Shown here: one piece after another, positions 43,719 through 52,895 of the stretch | How positions within the stretch are numbered: position 1 is the stretch's first letter | How the letters are laid out: each line of letters opens with the position of its first letter | NCBI GenBank assembly: GCA_035534935.1 | Contig: DATLRA010000071.1 | Span: forward strand, 1-56,707 | Source of the DNA: Candidatus Binataceae bacterium | GTDB taxonomy: Bacteria; Desulfobacterota; Binatia; Binatales; Binataceae | Length of the DNA: 56,707 bases | Direction of reading: 5' to 3' | Made by a program: the position numbers and the translations under genes | The notes under the pieces: model-generated | Told to the model about the DNA's origin: nothing | Database searches by the model: none | Seen by the model: only the letters and a program-made list of their open reading frames with translations

Positions 43719-44822
43719 TCAGACGCTGGCCAGTCGACGATAGAATGGCAGGGTGATGACCTCGGCCGCGACCATCCGTGTGCGAATCGCGACCTCGACC
43801 ATCGCGCCCGCGGGCAGTTCGGCTGCGCTGTCGAGATAGGCCATCGCGAGCGGCCGGGCGAAACTCGGCGCAAAGGTACCGCTGGTGATCACGCCGACCG
43901 CGCGGCCGCCATGATGGATCGGGTAGCCCTGGCGCGCGATACTGCGGCCGTCGGCCGTGCGGATTCCCGCCAGACGCTTGCCGGCGCCGCCGTCGCGCTG
44001 CGCGGCCAGCGCGGGCTCGCCGATAAAGTCGCGGCCGAATCGGATGAAGCTCTTGAGGCCCGCCTGAAGCGGCGAGGTCGCCCGGTCGAGTTCGTGGCCG
44101 TAGAGCGGCAGCCCGGCTTCCATCCGCAGCGTATCGCGCGCGCCAAGTCCGCACGGCACGATACCGTCGGCCGAGCCGACCTCGAGCGCGGCCGCGAACA
44201 ATCGCTCGGCGTCGCCCGCCGCACAGAACAATTCAAAGCCGTCCTCGCCGGTATAGCCGGTGCGCGCGATCAGGCATTCGATGCCCGCGACCGTGCCGCG
44301 CGCGGTGCGAAAGCGTCCGATCGTGGCGACCGGATAAGTCGTCATGCGCGCCAATATCGCCGCGGCTCGCGGTCCCTGGATTGCCACCAGCGCGGTCTCG
44401 TCGCTGCGATCGATCAACTCCGCGCCGGCCCGATTGAGGCTTGTGAGCCACGCCCAGTCCGCCGCGATATTCGACGCATTGACGCACAGCAGGTAGCGCT
44501 CGGGGGCGTGGCGGTAGACGATCAGGTCGTCGATCGTGCCGCCGTCGGGCGCGCACATGATGGTGTATTGGGCCTGCCCGTCGACCATCCGCGCGGCCGA
44601 ATTGGTCAGCGCCCGTTCCAGCAGGGCGAGGGCGTGAGGCCCGTTGAGCTCGAATTCGCCCATGTGACTCAGATCGAACAGGCCGGCCGCCGCGCGCACC
44701 GCCCGATGCTCCTCGATAATGCCGGCGTAACTCAACGGCATCTCGTAGCCGCCAAACTCCGTCATTCGAGCGCCGAGCCGTTCGTGCAAATTGCAAATCG
44801 GTGTATGCTTGACCGGTTCCAT
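43719..44822 (-). CDS. gcvT: Glycine cleavage system aminomethyltransferase GcvT
   Basis: 367 aa with PLSYAGIIEEHRAVRAAAGLFDLSHMGEF. Confidence 0.95.
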   Translation of the reverse strand: MEPVKHTPICNLHERLGARMTEFGGYEMPLSYAGIIEEHRAVRAAAGLFDLSHMGEFELNGPHALALLERALTNSAARMVDGQAQYTIMCAPDGGTIDDLIVYRHAPERYLLCVNASNIAADWAWLTSLNRAGAELIDRSDETALVAIQGPRAAAILARMTTYPVATIGRFRTARGTVAGIECLIARTGYTGEDGFELFCAAGDAERLFAAALEVGSADGIVPCGLGARDTLRMEAGLPLYGHELDRATSPLQAGLKSFIRFGRDFIGEPALAAQRDGGAGKRLAGIRTADGRSIARQGYPIHHGGRAVGVITSGTFAPSFARPLAMAYLDSAAELPAGAMVEVAIRTRMVAAEVITLPFYRRLASV

Positions 44823-44943
44823 CAGCCCATCTAGTTTTACCAGAGCCGAAGCTGGTCAACGAACCCAGTCTGGCGTTTTTCAGATATTAAACTTGCTCTC
44901 GGCCTCGCGCGTCTCGTTCAGACCAATATTCACCGCCTAAATC

Positions 44944-45849
44944 ATGTCAGCCACGATTATGGACGGCCGCGAGGTCAGTGAATTCCTGAAACCGTATCTG
45001 CGCCGCCACGCGCAGGATCTGATCGCGCGCAATGGCGTGGCGCCGGCACTGACGGCCATCCTGGTCGGCGGCGACCCGGCCTCGACCCAGTACGTGCGCA
45101 ACAAGCGCCGCCTGGCCGAAGAATTGGGCTTTATCAGCGCGCTCGCCGCGATCGCGCCGGCCCAGGCCTCGACAGAATTCCTGCGCGCGACGATTGCGCG
45201 GCTCAACGCCGATCCCCAGGTCACCGGCATCCTGCTGCAATTGCCGGTGCCGGAGGCCGTCGACACCTTTCGCCTGTTCGACGAAATCGATCCGGCCAAG
45301 GACGTCGACGCGGTCGGCGCCGGCAGCGTCAGCGGATTTTATCGCGGGCAATGGGGCCGCTTCATCCCGTGCACCCCGCGCGGCGTCCTGACCCTGCTCG
45401 ATTACTACAAGGTGCCGATCGATGGGCGGCGCGCGGCGGTGATCGGCCGCAGCGATATCGCGGGCAAGCCGATGGCGATGATTATCGGCGGCCGGCTGCG
45501 CAACGCGACCGTCACCTGGTGCCATCGCCATACGCGCGATCTCGAGGCGATTTGCCGCGAATCCGATCTCGTGATTTCATGCGCCGGAGCCACCCCGACC
45601 GAGCGTCCTTTCCTGGTCACCGCCGACATGATCAAGCCGGGCGCGTGCGTTATCGATGTGGGCTTTCGGCGCGTCGGGCCCGGACGCTTTGCCGGCGACG
45701 TCGATTTCGACGGAGTTAAAGCGGTTGCCGGATGGCTCACGCCGAATCCCGGCGGCACCGGTCCGATGACCGTAATTGCCCTGATGCAGAATTTGATCGA
45801 CGCCGCGCGCTACCGGCTGGGCCTGGCACGCGCGGAGTACCCCTTATGA
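44944..45849 (+). CDS. folD: Bifunctional methylenetetrahydrofolate dehydrogenase/cyclohydrolase FolD
   Basis: ILVGGDPASTQYVRNK, GILLQLPVP, VIGRSDIAGKPMA and PGGTGPMT. Confidence 0.95.
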   Translation: MSATIMDGREVSEFLKPYLRRHAQDLIARNGVAPALTAILVGGDPASTQYVRNKRRLAEELGFISALAAIAPAQASTEFLRATIARLNADPQVTGILLQLPVPEAVDTFRLFDEIDPAKDVDAVGAGSVSGFYRGQWGRFIPCTPRGVLTLLDYYKVPIDGRRAAVIGRSDIAGKPMAMIIGGRLRNATVTWCHRHTRDLEAICRESDLVISCAGATPTERPFLVTADMIKPGACVIDVGFRRVGPGRFAGDVDFDGVKAVAGWLTPNPGGTGPMTVIALMQNLIDAARYRLGLARAEYPL

Positions 45850-45923
45850 ATCACGCGATGGCCCTCTCGCCTCGCGCTGTGATCCGATTCAGACTGTCCG
45901 CAGGCGGAGTCCTGTAACCATAT

Positions 45924-48017
45924 ATGGCCTCAGAAGGCGACCACGGTACGAAAGTTGAGCACGGTGCGAACGGCGAGAAGCGGACGTTAGGCCGTATCCT
46001 GATCGGACCTGCGCGCGATGTAAAAGATCCCGAGACCTTCCATCAGCTCTCGCTGGTCGCGTTTCTGGCCTGGGTCGGTCTCGGCTCCGACGGCCTCAGC
46101 TCGTCGTGCTACGGACCCGAGGAGGCGTTTCTGGCGCTCGGCCCGCATCAGTACATGGCGGTCTTTCTGGCCATGCTGATGGCGTTGACGGTCTTCATCA
46201 TCTCGGCCTCCTACTCGCAGACCATCGACGAATTCCCCACCGGCGGCGGCGGCTACCTGGTCGCGACCAAGTTGCTCGGCCGCTATCCGGGCGTGGTTTC
46301 GGGTTCGGCGCTGGTCATCGATTACGTGCTGACCATTTCGATTTCGATCGCCAGCGGCGCCGACGCGATCTTCAGCTTCATGCCCGCCACCTGGCTGGCC
46401 TACAAATTCTGGGTCTGCATCCTGGTGGTCATCATCCTGATCGGGATGAACCTGCGCGGGGTCAAGGAGTCGGTGCTTTCCCTGCTGCCGATCTTCATCG
46501 CCTTCGTAATCACCCACGTATGGCTGATCAGCTACGCGCTAATCGAGCGCGCCCCGGTGATTCCGGCCGCGATGCATTCCGCGATGCGCGACACCGGCGC
46601 GAGCATCCACAGCATCGGCTTCTTCGCGCTGGCGGTGATTTTCCTGCGCGCCTACAGCCTGGGCGGCGGTACCTATACCGGAATCGAGGCGGTCAGCAAC
46701 GGCCTGCCGATTCTGCGCGAGCCGCGCACGGTTACCGGCAAACGCACGATGCTCTATATGTCGGTGTCGCTGGCCTTTGTCGCCGGCGGCATCCTCTTCA
46801 GCTACATGCTCTTCAACGTCGGGCCGCATGCCGGCCAGACCCTCAACGCCGTGCTGTTCGAAAAGATGGCGTCGCACTGGACGCTGTTCGGCCTGCCGCT
46901 GGGCCAGCCGATCGTCACCTTTACGCTGCTGACCGAGGGTGCGTTGCTCTTCGTCGCCGCGCAGACCGGGTTCGTCGACGGGCCGCGTGTGCTCGCCACC
47001 ATGGCTTCCGATCGCTGGCTGCCGCGGCGCTTCTCCAATCTGAGCGCCCGCCTGGTCACGCAGGACGGCGTGCTCGCGATGGGTCTGGCGGCGGCGGTCA
47101 TCCTGATGGGCACGCATGCGAGTGTTGACCTGCTCGTGGTGCTCTATGCGATTAACGTCTTCGTGACCTTCACGCTATCGCAACTCGGCATGACGGTGCA
47201 TTGGTGGCAGGCGCGGCACGTCGAGCCCAAATGGATCCGCAAGCTCGCCATCAACGGCATCGGCTGCACCTTCACTGCGCTGATCCTGGTGCTGACGGTG
47301 ACCTTGAAATTCGACCAGGGCGGATGGATTACGGTGGCGATGACCGGCGGCCTGGTCGCCATCTGCATGATCGTCCATGCCCACTACGAGTATGTGCGCA
47401 AGGCGATCGAGCAGCTTGAAGCGGACGTGCTGCCCGAGATCTTCGCCGCCGATGAAAAAGCGCCCGCCGATCGCGATCCGGCCGCGCCGACCGCCGTGCT
47501 GCTGGTCAACGGCTTCAACGGGCTCGGCCTGGCGACGCTCACCACGATCCAGCGGCTATTCGGCCAGCATTTCCGCAACGTGGTCTTCGTCGGCGTCGGC
47601 GAGGTCGATTCCGGCCTGATGAAAGGTCCGGAAGAGGTCAGGCTGCTCGAGCAGCAGGTCGCCGACGACATGGTCGAGTACTGCCGGTTCGCCGCCGACC
47701 TCGGGTTTCATCCCGAGCTGCGCACCGGCATCGGTCCCGACGTGGTGTTCGAACTGCATCGCCTGTGCCTCGAGGTCACGCACGAGTTTCCCCAATCGGT
47801 CTTCTTTGCCGGCAAGCTCATCTTTACCGACGAGCTCGACGGCTTCGTCAGCCGCTTCCTGCACAACCACACCGCGCTCGAAGTCCAGAACTGGCTCCAG
47901 GTGCATGGCTTCAGCATGGTCATACTGCCCGTGCGGGTGGGGCGCGCGCCGACTCGCCCGGCACCGGGCAAAGCCGCCCCGGCCGACGACGAGCCCTCGC
48001 TCGCCCTGCCCAGGTAG
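45924..48017 (+). CDS. APC-superfamily permease, KimA-like (putative K+ transporter) with a C-terminal cytoplasmic domain
   Basis: Blocks resemble B. subtilis KimA as I recall it (GSDGLSSSCYGPEE; PTGGGGYLVA...VIDYVLTISISIASGADAI; YTGIEAVSNGLPILREP). About 480 aa of TM core are followed by about 210 aa of soluble tail. Confidence 0.7.
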   Translation: MASEGDHGTKVEHGANGEKRTLGRILIGPARDVKDPETFHQLSLVAFLAWVGLGSDGLSSSCYGPEEAFLALGPHQYMAVFLAMLMALTVFIISASYSQTIDEFPTGGGGYLVATKLLGRYPGVVSGSALVIDYVLTISISIASGADAIFSFMPATWLAYKFWVCILVVIILIGMNLRGVKESVLSLLPIFIAFVITHVWLISYALIERAPVIPAAMHSAMRDTGASIHSIGFFALAVIFLRAYSLGGGTYTGIEAVSNGLPILREPRTVTGKRTMLYMSVSLAFVAGGILFSYMLFNVGPHAGQTLNAVLFEKMASHWTLFGLPLGQPIVTFTLLTEGALLFVAAQTGFVDGPRVLATMASDRWLPRRFSNLSARLVTQDGVLAMGLAAAVILMGTHASVDLLVVLYAINVFVTFTLSQLGMTVHWWQARHVEPKWIRKLAINGIGCTFTALILVLTVTLKFDQGGWITVAMTGGLVAICMIVHAHYEYVRKAIEQLEADVLPEIFAADEKAPADRDPAAPTAVLLVNGFNGLGLATLTTIQRLFGQHFRNVVFVGVGEVDSGLMKGPEEVRLLEQQVADDMVEYCRFAADLGFHPELRTGIGPDVVFELHRLCLEVTHEFPQSVFFAGKLIFTDELDGFVSRFLHNHTALEVQNWLQVHGFSMVILPVRVGRAPTRPAPGKAAPADDEPSLALPR

Positions 48018-48035
48018 CGCGGACCCTGCGCACGG

Positions 48036-48908
48036 TTGACAGCCGCGCCGGCGCCCGATCAAGCTGAACGCGTGGCGGTATCCCCAGCGGCCCATCGCGC
48101 GCGGCGCTCCGCGCGCGGCATCGCCGCCGACCTCGACGGTCTGCGGCCGCCGCTGAAATGGGCCGGCGGCAAGCGCTGGCTGGTGCCGCATCTGCTGCGC
48201 CTGTGGGAACCGCATCGCCGGCGCCGATTGGTCGAGCCGCTATGCGGCGGGCTCGCGGTCGCGATCGGCCTCCAGCCGGCGCACGCCCTGCTCAACGACA
48301 TCAGTCCGCACGCCGCCAACTTCTATCGATGGCTGCGGGCGGGCCTGCGCGTCGACCTCGAGATGCGCAACGACGCGGCGCTCTACTATCGCCATCGCGC
48401 GTGCTTCAACCGGCTCATCGCCGACGGCGGCGCCGACACCGCGCAGGCGGCGGGGCTGTTCTATTTCCTCAATCGCACCTGTTACAACGGGCTCTGCCGC
48501 TTCAACAGCCGCGGCGAGTTCAACGTGCCCTTCGGCCGCTATGCGACGATTAACTACCGGACCGATTTCTCGGCCTACCGTGCGGCCTTTGCGCGCTGGA
48601 CCTTTGTGTGCGGAGATTTTGCCGCCGTAGCGCTGCGGCCCGGCGACTTCGTTTACGCCGATCCGCCCTACGACGTCGAGTTCACGCGCTACGCGCAGCA
48701 GGATTTCGGCTGGGACGATCAGGTGCGCCTGGCGCGATGGCTCGCGCGTCATCGCGGACCGGTCGCCCTCTCCAATCAGGCGACCGAACGGATCGTCGAG
48801 CTGTACACCGCGACCGGCTTTGCGCTGACCTATCTGGACGCGCCGCGCCGTATCAGTTGCAAGACGCGCACGCCGGCGCGCGAGGTTCTCGCCACGCGCA
48901 ACCTGTAA
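48036..48908 (+). CDS. Dam-family DNA adenine methyltransferase (alpha-class), no adjacent endonuclease
   Basis: LKWAGGKRWL, motif I VEPLCGGLAV, and a later motif IV YADPPYD. The start is uncertain (TTG 48036 or GTG 48072). Confidence 0.85.
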   Translation: MTAAPAPDQAERVAVSPAAHRARRSARGIAADLDGLRPPLKWAGGKRWLVPHLLRLWEPHRRRRLVEPLCGGLAVAIGLQPAHALLNDISPHAANFYRWLRAGLRVDLEMRNDAALYYRHRACFNRLIADGGADTAQAAGLFYFLNRTCYNGLCRFNSRGEFNVPFGRYATINYRTDFSAYRAAFARWTFVCGDFAAVALRPGDFVYADPPYDVEFTRYAQQDFGWDDQVRLARWLARHRGPVALSNQATERIVELYTATGFALTYLDAPRRISCKTRTPAREVLATRNL

Positions 48909-49781
48909 TCAGATAGCGGCGGTATTGGCCGGCTCGTCGATCACGCGATTTTCGATTGTGCCCACCCGTTCGATCTCGATTTTCACAACGTCGCCCGCGA
49001 CCAGGTAGCGCGGTGGCTTCATCGCAAAGGCGACGCCCGCCGGCGTGCCGGTCGAGACGATCATGCCCGGCGTGAGCGTGAAGACGGTCGACAGCGTCTC
49101 GACCTGCGCATAGCAGTCGAAGACCAGATGTTTGGTGTTGGAATGCTGGCGTAACTCGCCGTTGACCCAGGTCTTGAGCTCGAGCGTGTGCGGATCGCCG
49201 ACCTCGTCGGGCGTCACGATCCACGGTCCGATCGGCCCGTGCGTGTCGAACGATTTGCCCAGCGTCATGGTCTGCGCCTTGAATTGCCAGTCGCGCACGC
49301 TCACGTCGTTGACCACGACGTAGCCGGCAATCACCTCGCGCGCGCGGTCGCGCGGCACGTGGCGGCAGCGCCGGCCGATCACGAAGCCGAGTTCGCCTTC
49401 GTAATCGAGCGCGGTCGAAACGCGCGGCAGATGAATCGGGTCGTGCGGGCCGTTGACGCAGCTCGCCTGCTTGTTGAAGAACAGCGGGAACTTGGGCTGC
49501 TCCATCCGCGACTCGGCGATATGGTCGGCATAGTTCAGCCCGATCGCGAGAAACTCCGCTGGATGCATGATCGGCGCTTCGAGCTTGACCTGCTTCAGGT
49601 CAAGCCGATGCGTGCTGCCGGCCGCATTCCGCGCGCGTTCCAGCGCCGGCGCGCCGGCCGCCAGAAAGGCCGTCATCTCGCGCGGCAGGTCGGGCGCCGC
49701 CACCGCCAAATCGACCATCGCGTCACCCGCCACCACGCCGATGCGCGTCATTCCCCCATGCGTAAAGGTCGCCAGCTTCAT
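48909..49781 (-). CDS. Fumarylacetoacetate hydrolase family protein
   Basis: FAH-domain blocks (GLNYADH, LDYEGELGFVIG, ISTGTPAGV). Confidence 0.9.
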   Translation of the reverse strand: MKLATFTHGGMTRIGVVAGDAMVDLAVAAPDLPREMTAFLAAGAPALERARNAAGSTHRLDLKQVKLEAPIMHPAEFLAIGLNYADHIAESRMEQPKFPLFFNKQASCVNGPHDPIHLPRVSTALDYEGELGFVIGRRCRHVPRDRAREVIAGYVVVNDVSVRDWQFKAQTMTLGKSFDTHGPIGPWIVTPDEVGDPHTLELKTWVNGELRQHSNTKHLVFDCYAQVETLSTVFTLTPGMIVSTGTPAGVAFAMKPPRYLVAGDVVKIEIERVGTIENRVIDEPANTAAI

Positions 49782-49800
49782 TGCGAATTCTCCTGCGGCG

Positions 49801-50400
49801 CTATTCGCCCAGCCGCGCCAGGCTCGCGCGATTGAAACCCTTGGCCGCGTCGTACTTCGTCAGTTCGGCGTCCGGCTCGCCGGCATGATAGCGGCGCGCC
49901 AAATCGTCCGGATCGAAGTCGACGCCGATCGGGTTGTTGGCAAAGTCGGTGCTGCGAAAGAAGTCCCGCATGCGCTCCATGCTGGCGAAATTATCGATCT
50001 GCAATTCGACCTTGCCGCCGTCCGGATCGCGATAGTACATCGAGGTCGTTATGCCGTGGTTGATCGTCACCGCGGGCGTGACGCCGGCGGCCTTGAGCCG
50101 TTCGTAGGTCGCGATCAGATCGCTCAGGCTCGCGTAGGTGTAGGCCAGATGGTCGAGCCCGGCGGCGCGCGGCGGCCGCTCGTTGAGCCCCGGAAACGCG
50201 GCAATCGCGATCCGGTGATGCTCGTCGTCATAAGTCATGAAGGCGAGAAAGTCGTTCTGATAGACGACCTTGGCGCCCAGCACCAGGCAATACCAGTCGG
50301 TCATTTCCTTGAAGCGGGTGGTGCGCAGCACGGCGTGAGCGAATTTTACCGGCGAGATGCGCTGGTCGTCGCCATTGGCGCTTTTCGATTGTCCGGCCAT
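49801..50400 (-). CDS. VOC/glyoxalase-family protein (extradiol dioxygenase-like)
   Basis: KFAHAVLRT...LDHLAYTY...YYRDPDGGKVEL shows a VOC-fold pattern. The start is set at MAGQSKS. Confidence 0.8.
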   Translation of the reverse strand: MAGQSKSANGDDQRISPVKFAHAVLRTTRFKEMTDWYCLVLGAKVVYQNDFLAFMTYDDEHHRIAIAAFPGLNERPPRAAGLDHLAYTYASLSDLIATYERLKAAGVTPAVTINHGITTSMYYRDPDGGKVELQIDNFASMERMRDFFRSTDFANNPIGVDFDPDDLARRYHAGEPDAELTKYDAAKGFNRASLARLGE

Positions 50401-50656
50401 CGAGGTTCCTCCTGCGCGGGCGCGTGATCGAATCGGCGCCGCCGCGCGGCTCCAACTTCCGCGACCATAGCAAACATCGCGGACAAATATCATCCGTCGC
50501 ATCCGCCGCCCGTTCCCGCGCGATCGCGGATTGGCCTTGCGGAATCGCCGATGCACTTGCTACAGCACGAAAGGTGTCGTGGCGGCCGCGCGCGGGGGAC
50601 TCGGACGGCCGCCGCACCAGCTCCACGCTGGCGAGCGACGCTCAGGAGGTTTCGCA

Positions 50657-51883
50657 ATGGCTGCTGCTTCACCCAGGCACGTACTCGACGGCATCAAGGC
50701 GCTCGACTTCACCCAGTTCGTCGCCGGACCCACGGTGACCAAGCTGATGGCCGAGATGGGCGCCGAGGTGATCAAGGTCGAGATTGCGCCGGGCGGCGAT
50801 CGCTCGCGCGGCGTGCCCTACATGAAGAACGATCGCAGTGGCTATTTCGTCCAGCAAAACCGCGGCAAGCTGAGCCTCTGCCTCGACACCGCCAAGCCGG
50901 CCAGCCGCGAAATAATCGCCGGACTGATTCCCAAGGTCGACGTGGTGGTCGAAAATTTCGCCCCGGGCGTAATCGCGCGGATGGGCTTCGGTTACGAGAC
51001 GGTCAAAAAACTCAACCCCAAAATCATCATGTGCTCGGTCTCGACCTTCGGCCAGACCGGCCCGCTGGCGAAGGATCCCGGCTACGATTTCGTCGGCCAA
51101 GCCTACGCCGGCGTGACTTCGCTGAGCGGCGAAGAGGGCGGCCCGCCCTATCCGCCGATGCTTGCGATTGGCGACGTCTCGACCGGCGTGCATGCGCTGG
51201 CCGCAGTCGCCTGCGCGCTGTTTTACCGCGACCGCACGGGTATTGGCCAGTACCTCGATATCTCGTTACTGGACTGTTATTTCCACTACCACGATTGGGG
51301 CGTGCAGACGATCAGCGCGAGCGGCGGCAAGCAGAAGGCGCTGCGCACCGGGCAGCACTATCCGTCGCTCTGTCCGGCCGGGATGTTCAAGGGCAAGAAC
51401 ACCTATATCTTCGTCTTCGCCTGGCTCGATCATCATTGGATTAAGCTGTGCGAGATCATGGGACGGCCCGAACTCGGCCGCGATCCGCGCTACGCCGACA
51501 ACGCCTCACGCCTGGGGCGGCGCAACGAGATCATCCCGATAATCGAGCAATGGCTTGCCTCGATGCCGAGCGACGAGGCGTCGGTCGAGGCGCTGCGCGC
51601 CGCGCGCATCCCGCAAGCTCCAGTGTTGACGCTCGATCAGGCGATGGCCCATCCGCATCTGCGCGAGCGGCGCACCGTGCGCAAGATCCATGATCGCGTG
51701 ATGGGTGATTTCGAAGTGCCGGGCTTTCCGCTGCGCTTCTCGGAATTTCCCGGCGAGCTCGAACTTGACGCGCCGCTGCTCGGCGAGCATAACGCGCGCA
51801 TCCTGTCGCAATACCTGGGCTACGCGCCGGCCGATATCGGACGGCTCGAACGCGAAGGCGTGCTGCACCAGTTACCGCGCTGA
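50657..51883 (+). CDS. CaiB/BaiF family (class III) CoA-transferase
   Basis: LDGIKALDFTQFVAGPTVTKLMAEMGAEVIKVE and VVENFAPGV. Confidence 0.9.
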   Translation: MAAASPRHVLDGIKALDFTQFVAGPTVTKLMAEMGAEVIKVEIAPGGDRSRGVPYMKNDRSGYFVQQNRGKLSLCLDTAKPASREIIAGLIPKVDVVVENFAPGVIARMGFGYETVKKLNPKIIMCSVSTFGQTGPLAKDPGYDFVGQAYAGVTSLSGEEGGPPYPPMLAIGDVSTGVHALAAVACALFYRDRTGIGQYLDISLLDCYFHYHDWGVQTISASGGKQKALRTGQHYPSLCPAGMFKGKNTYIFVFAWLDHHWIKLCEIMGRPELGRDPRYADNASRLGRRNEIIPIIEQWLASMPSDEASVEALRAARIPQAPVLTLDQAMAHPHLRERRTVRKIHDRVMGDFEVPGFPLRFSEFPGELELDAPLLGEHNARILSQYLGYAPADIGRLEREGVLHQLPR

Positions 51884-51896
51884 CCGCTGCGCCGCA

Positions 51897-52829
51897 TCAG
51901 GCGCATCCGGCCTGCCGCAGCAATTCGCGCACGCCCGCTTCGGTTTCGACCTCGGGCGTCCAGCCGAGCGCCTCGCGCGCGGCCGTCAGATCGGCCAGCG
52001 TGTCGCGCGCGTCGCCCGGCCGCCCCGCGATATGGATCACCGGCCCGCCGACGAAACCCGCGATGTCGTTAACGCTGAGACCCTGGCCGCGTCCGATATT
52101 GAGCGCGCGCCCGTCGGCCGCCGGCGCATCGATCGCGGCCAGATTGGCGCGCACCACATCGCGTATATGCGTGAAGTCGCGGGTCTGCCGGCCGTCGCCG
52201 TGAATCGTGAGCGGCCGACCGGCCATCCGCTCGCGGATAAACAGGCCGATCACCGTGACGTACGCGCCCTCGGTCGCCATGCGCGGTCCGTAGACGTTGA
52301 AATAGCGCAGCGTAATCGTCTCCATCGCGAACAGGCGATTGAACATCCGCGTGTATTGCTCGCCGGCGAGCTTTTGCAGGGCGTAGGGATTGAGCGGATT
52401 GGGCGGCATCGATTCGCTCAGCGGCAGGGTCGGCTGGCTGCCGTACACGGATGATGATCCCGAATAGATAAAGCGGCGCACACCCGCGTCGCGCGCGGCG
52501 ATCAATGCGTTGAGCGTGCCGACGACGTTGGTCAGATGGGTTTCGACCGGCCGTTCGATCGAGAGCATCACGCGTGGCAGAGCGGCCGCGTGAAAGACGC
52601 AATCGACGCCTGCGAAGGCGTCGCGGATCGAATCGATATTGCGCACGTCGCCGACCACGACCTCGGCCGCCGGATGCAGATTCTCGCGCGCGCCGTTGGC
52701 GAAATTATCCACCACCCGCACCGTGTCGCCGCGCTCGATCAGGGCGTCGACCAGATGCGAGCCGATAAAGCCGGCGCCGCCCGTGACCAGCACGAGGCGG
52801 CGCGCCTTGTTCAATAACGCAGGCGCCAT
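51897..52829 (-). CDS. NAD-dependent epimerase/dehydratase (SDR family)
   Basis: VLVTGGAGFIGSH Rossmann motif and YALQK (YxxxK). Confidence 0.88.
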   Translation of the reverse strand: MAPALLNKARRLVLVTGGAGFIGSHLVDALIERGDTVRVVDNFANGARENLHPAAEVVVGDVRNIDSIRDAFAGVDCVFHAAALPRVMLSIERPVETHLTNVVGTLNALIAARDAGVRRFIYSGSSSVYGSQPTLPLSESMPPNPLNPYALQKLAGEQYTRMFNRLFAMETITLRYFNVYGPRMATEGAYVTVIGLFIRERMAGRPLTIHGDGRQTRDFTHIRDVVRANLAAIDAPAADGRALNIGRGQGLSVNDIAGFVGGPVIHIAGRPGDARDTLADLTAAREALGWTPEVETEAGVRELLRQAGCA

Positions 52830-52895
52830 TGCTCGAAATGCTATCGTGCCCGGCCGCAAAAGGCGATGCGCCGCATCCGCCGACGCCCGTGGCGG

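Noticed and set aside
45850-45923. c-di-AMP (ydaO-type) riboswitch upstream of the KimA-like transporter, as in Bacillus.
   Set aside because: Only 74 nt separate the folD stop from the transporter start. That is too short for the aptamer, and I see no matching conserved blocks.
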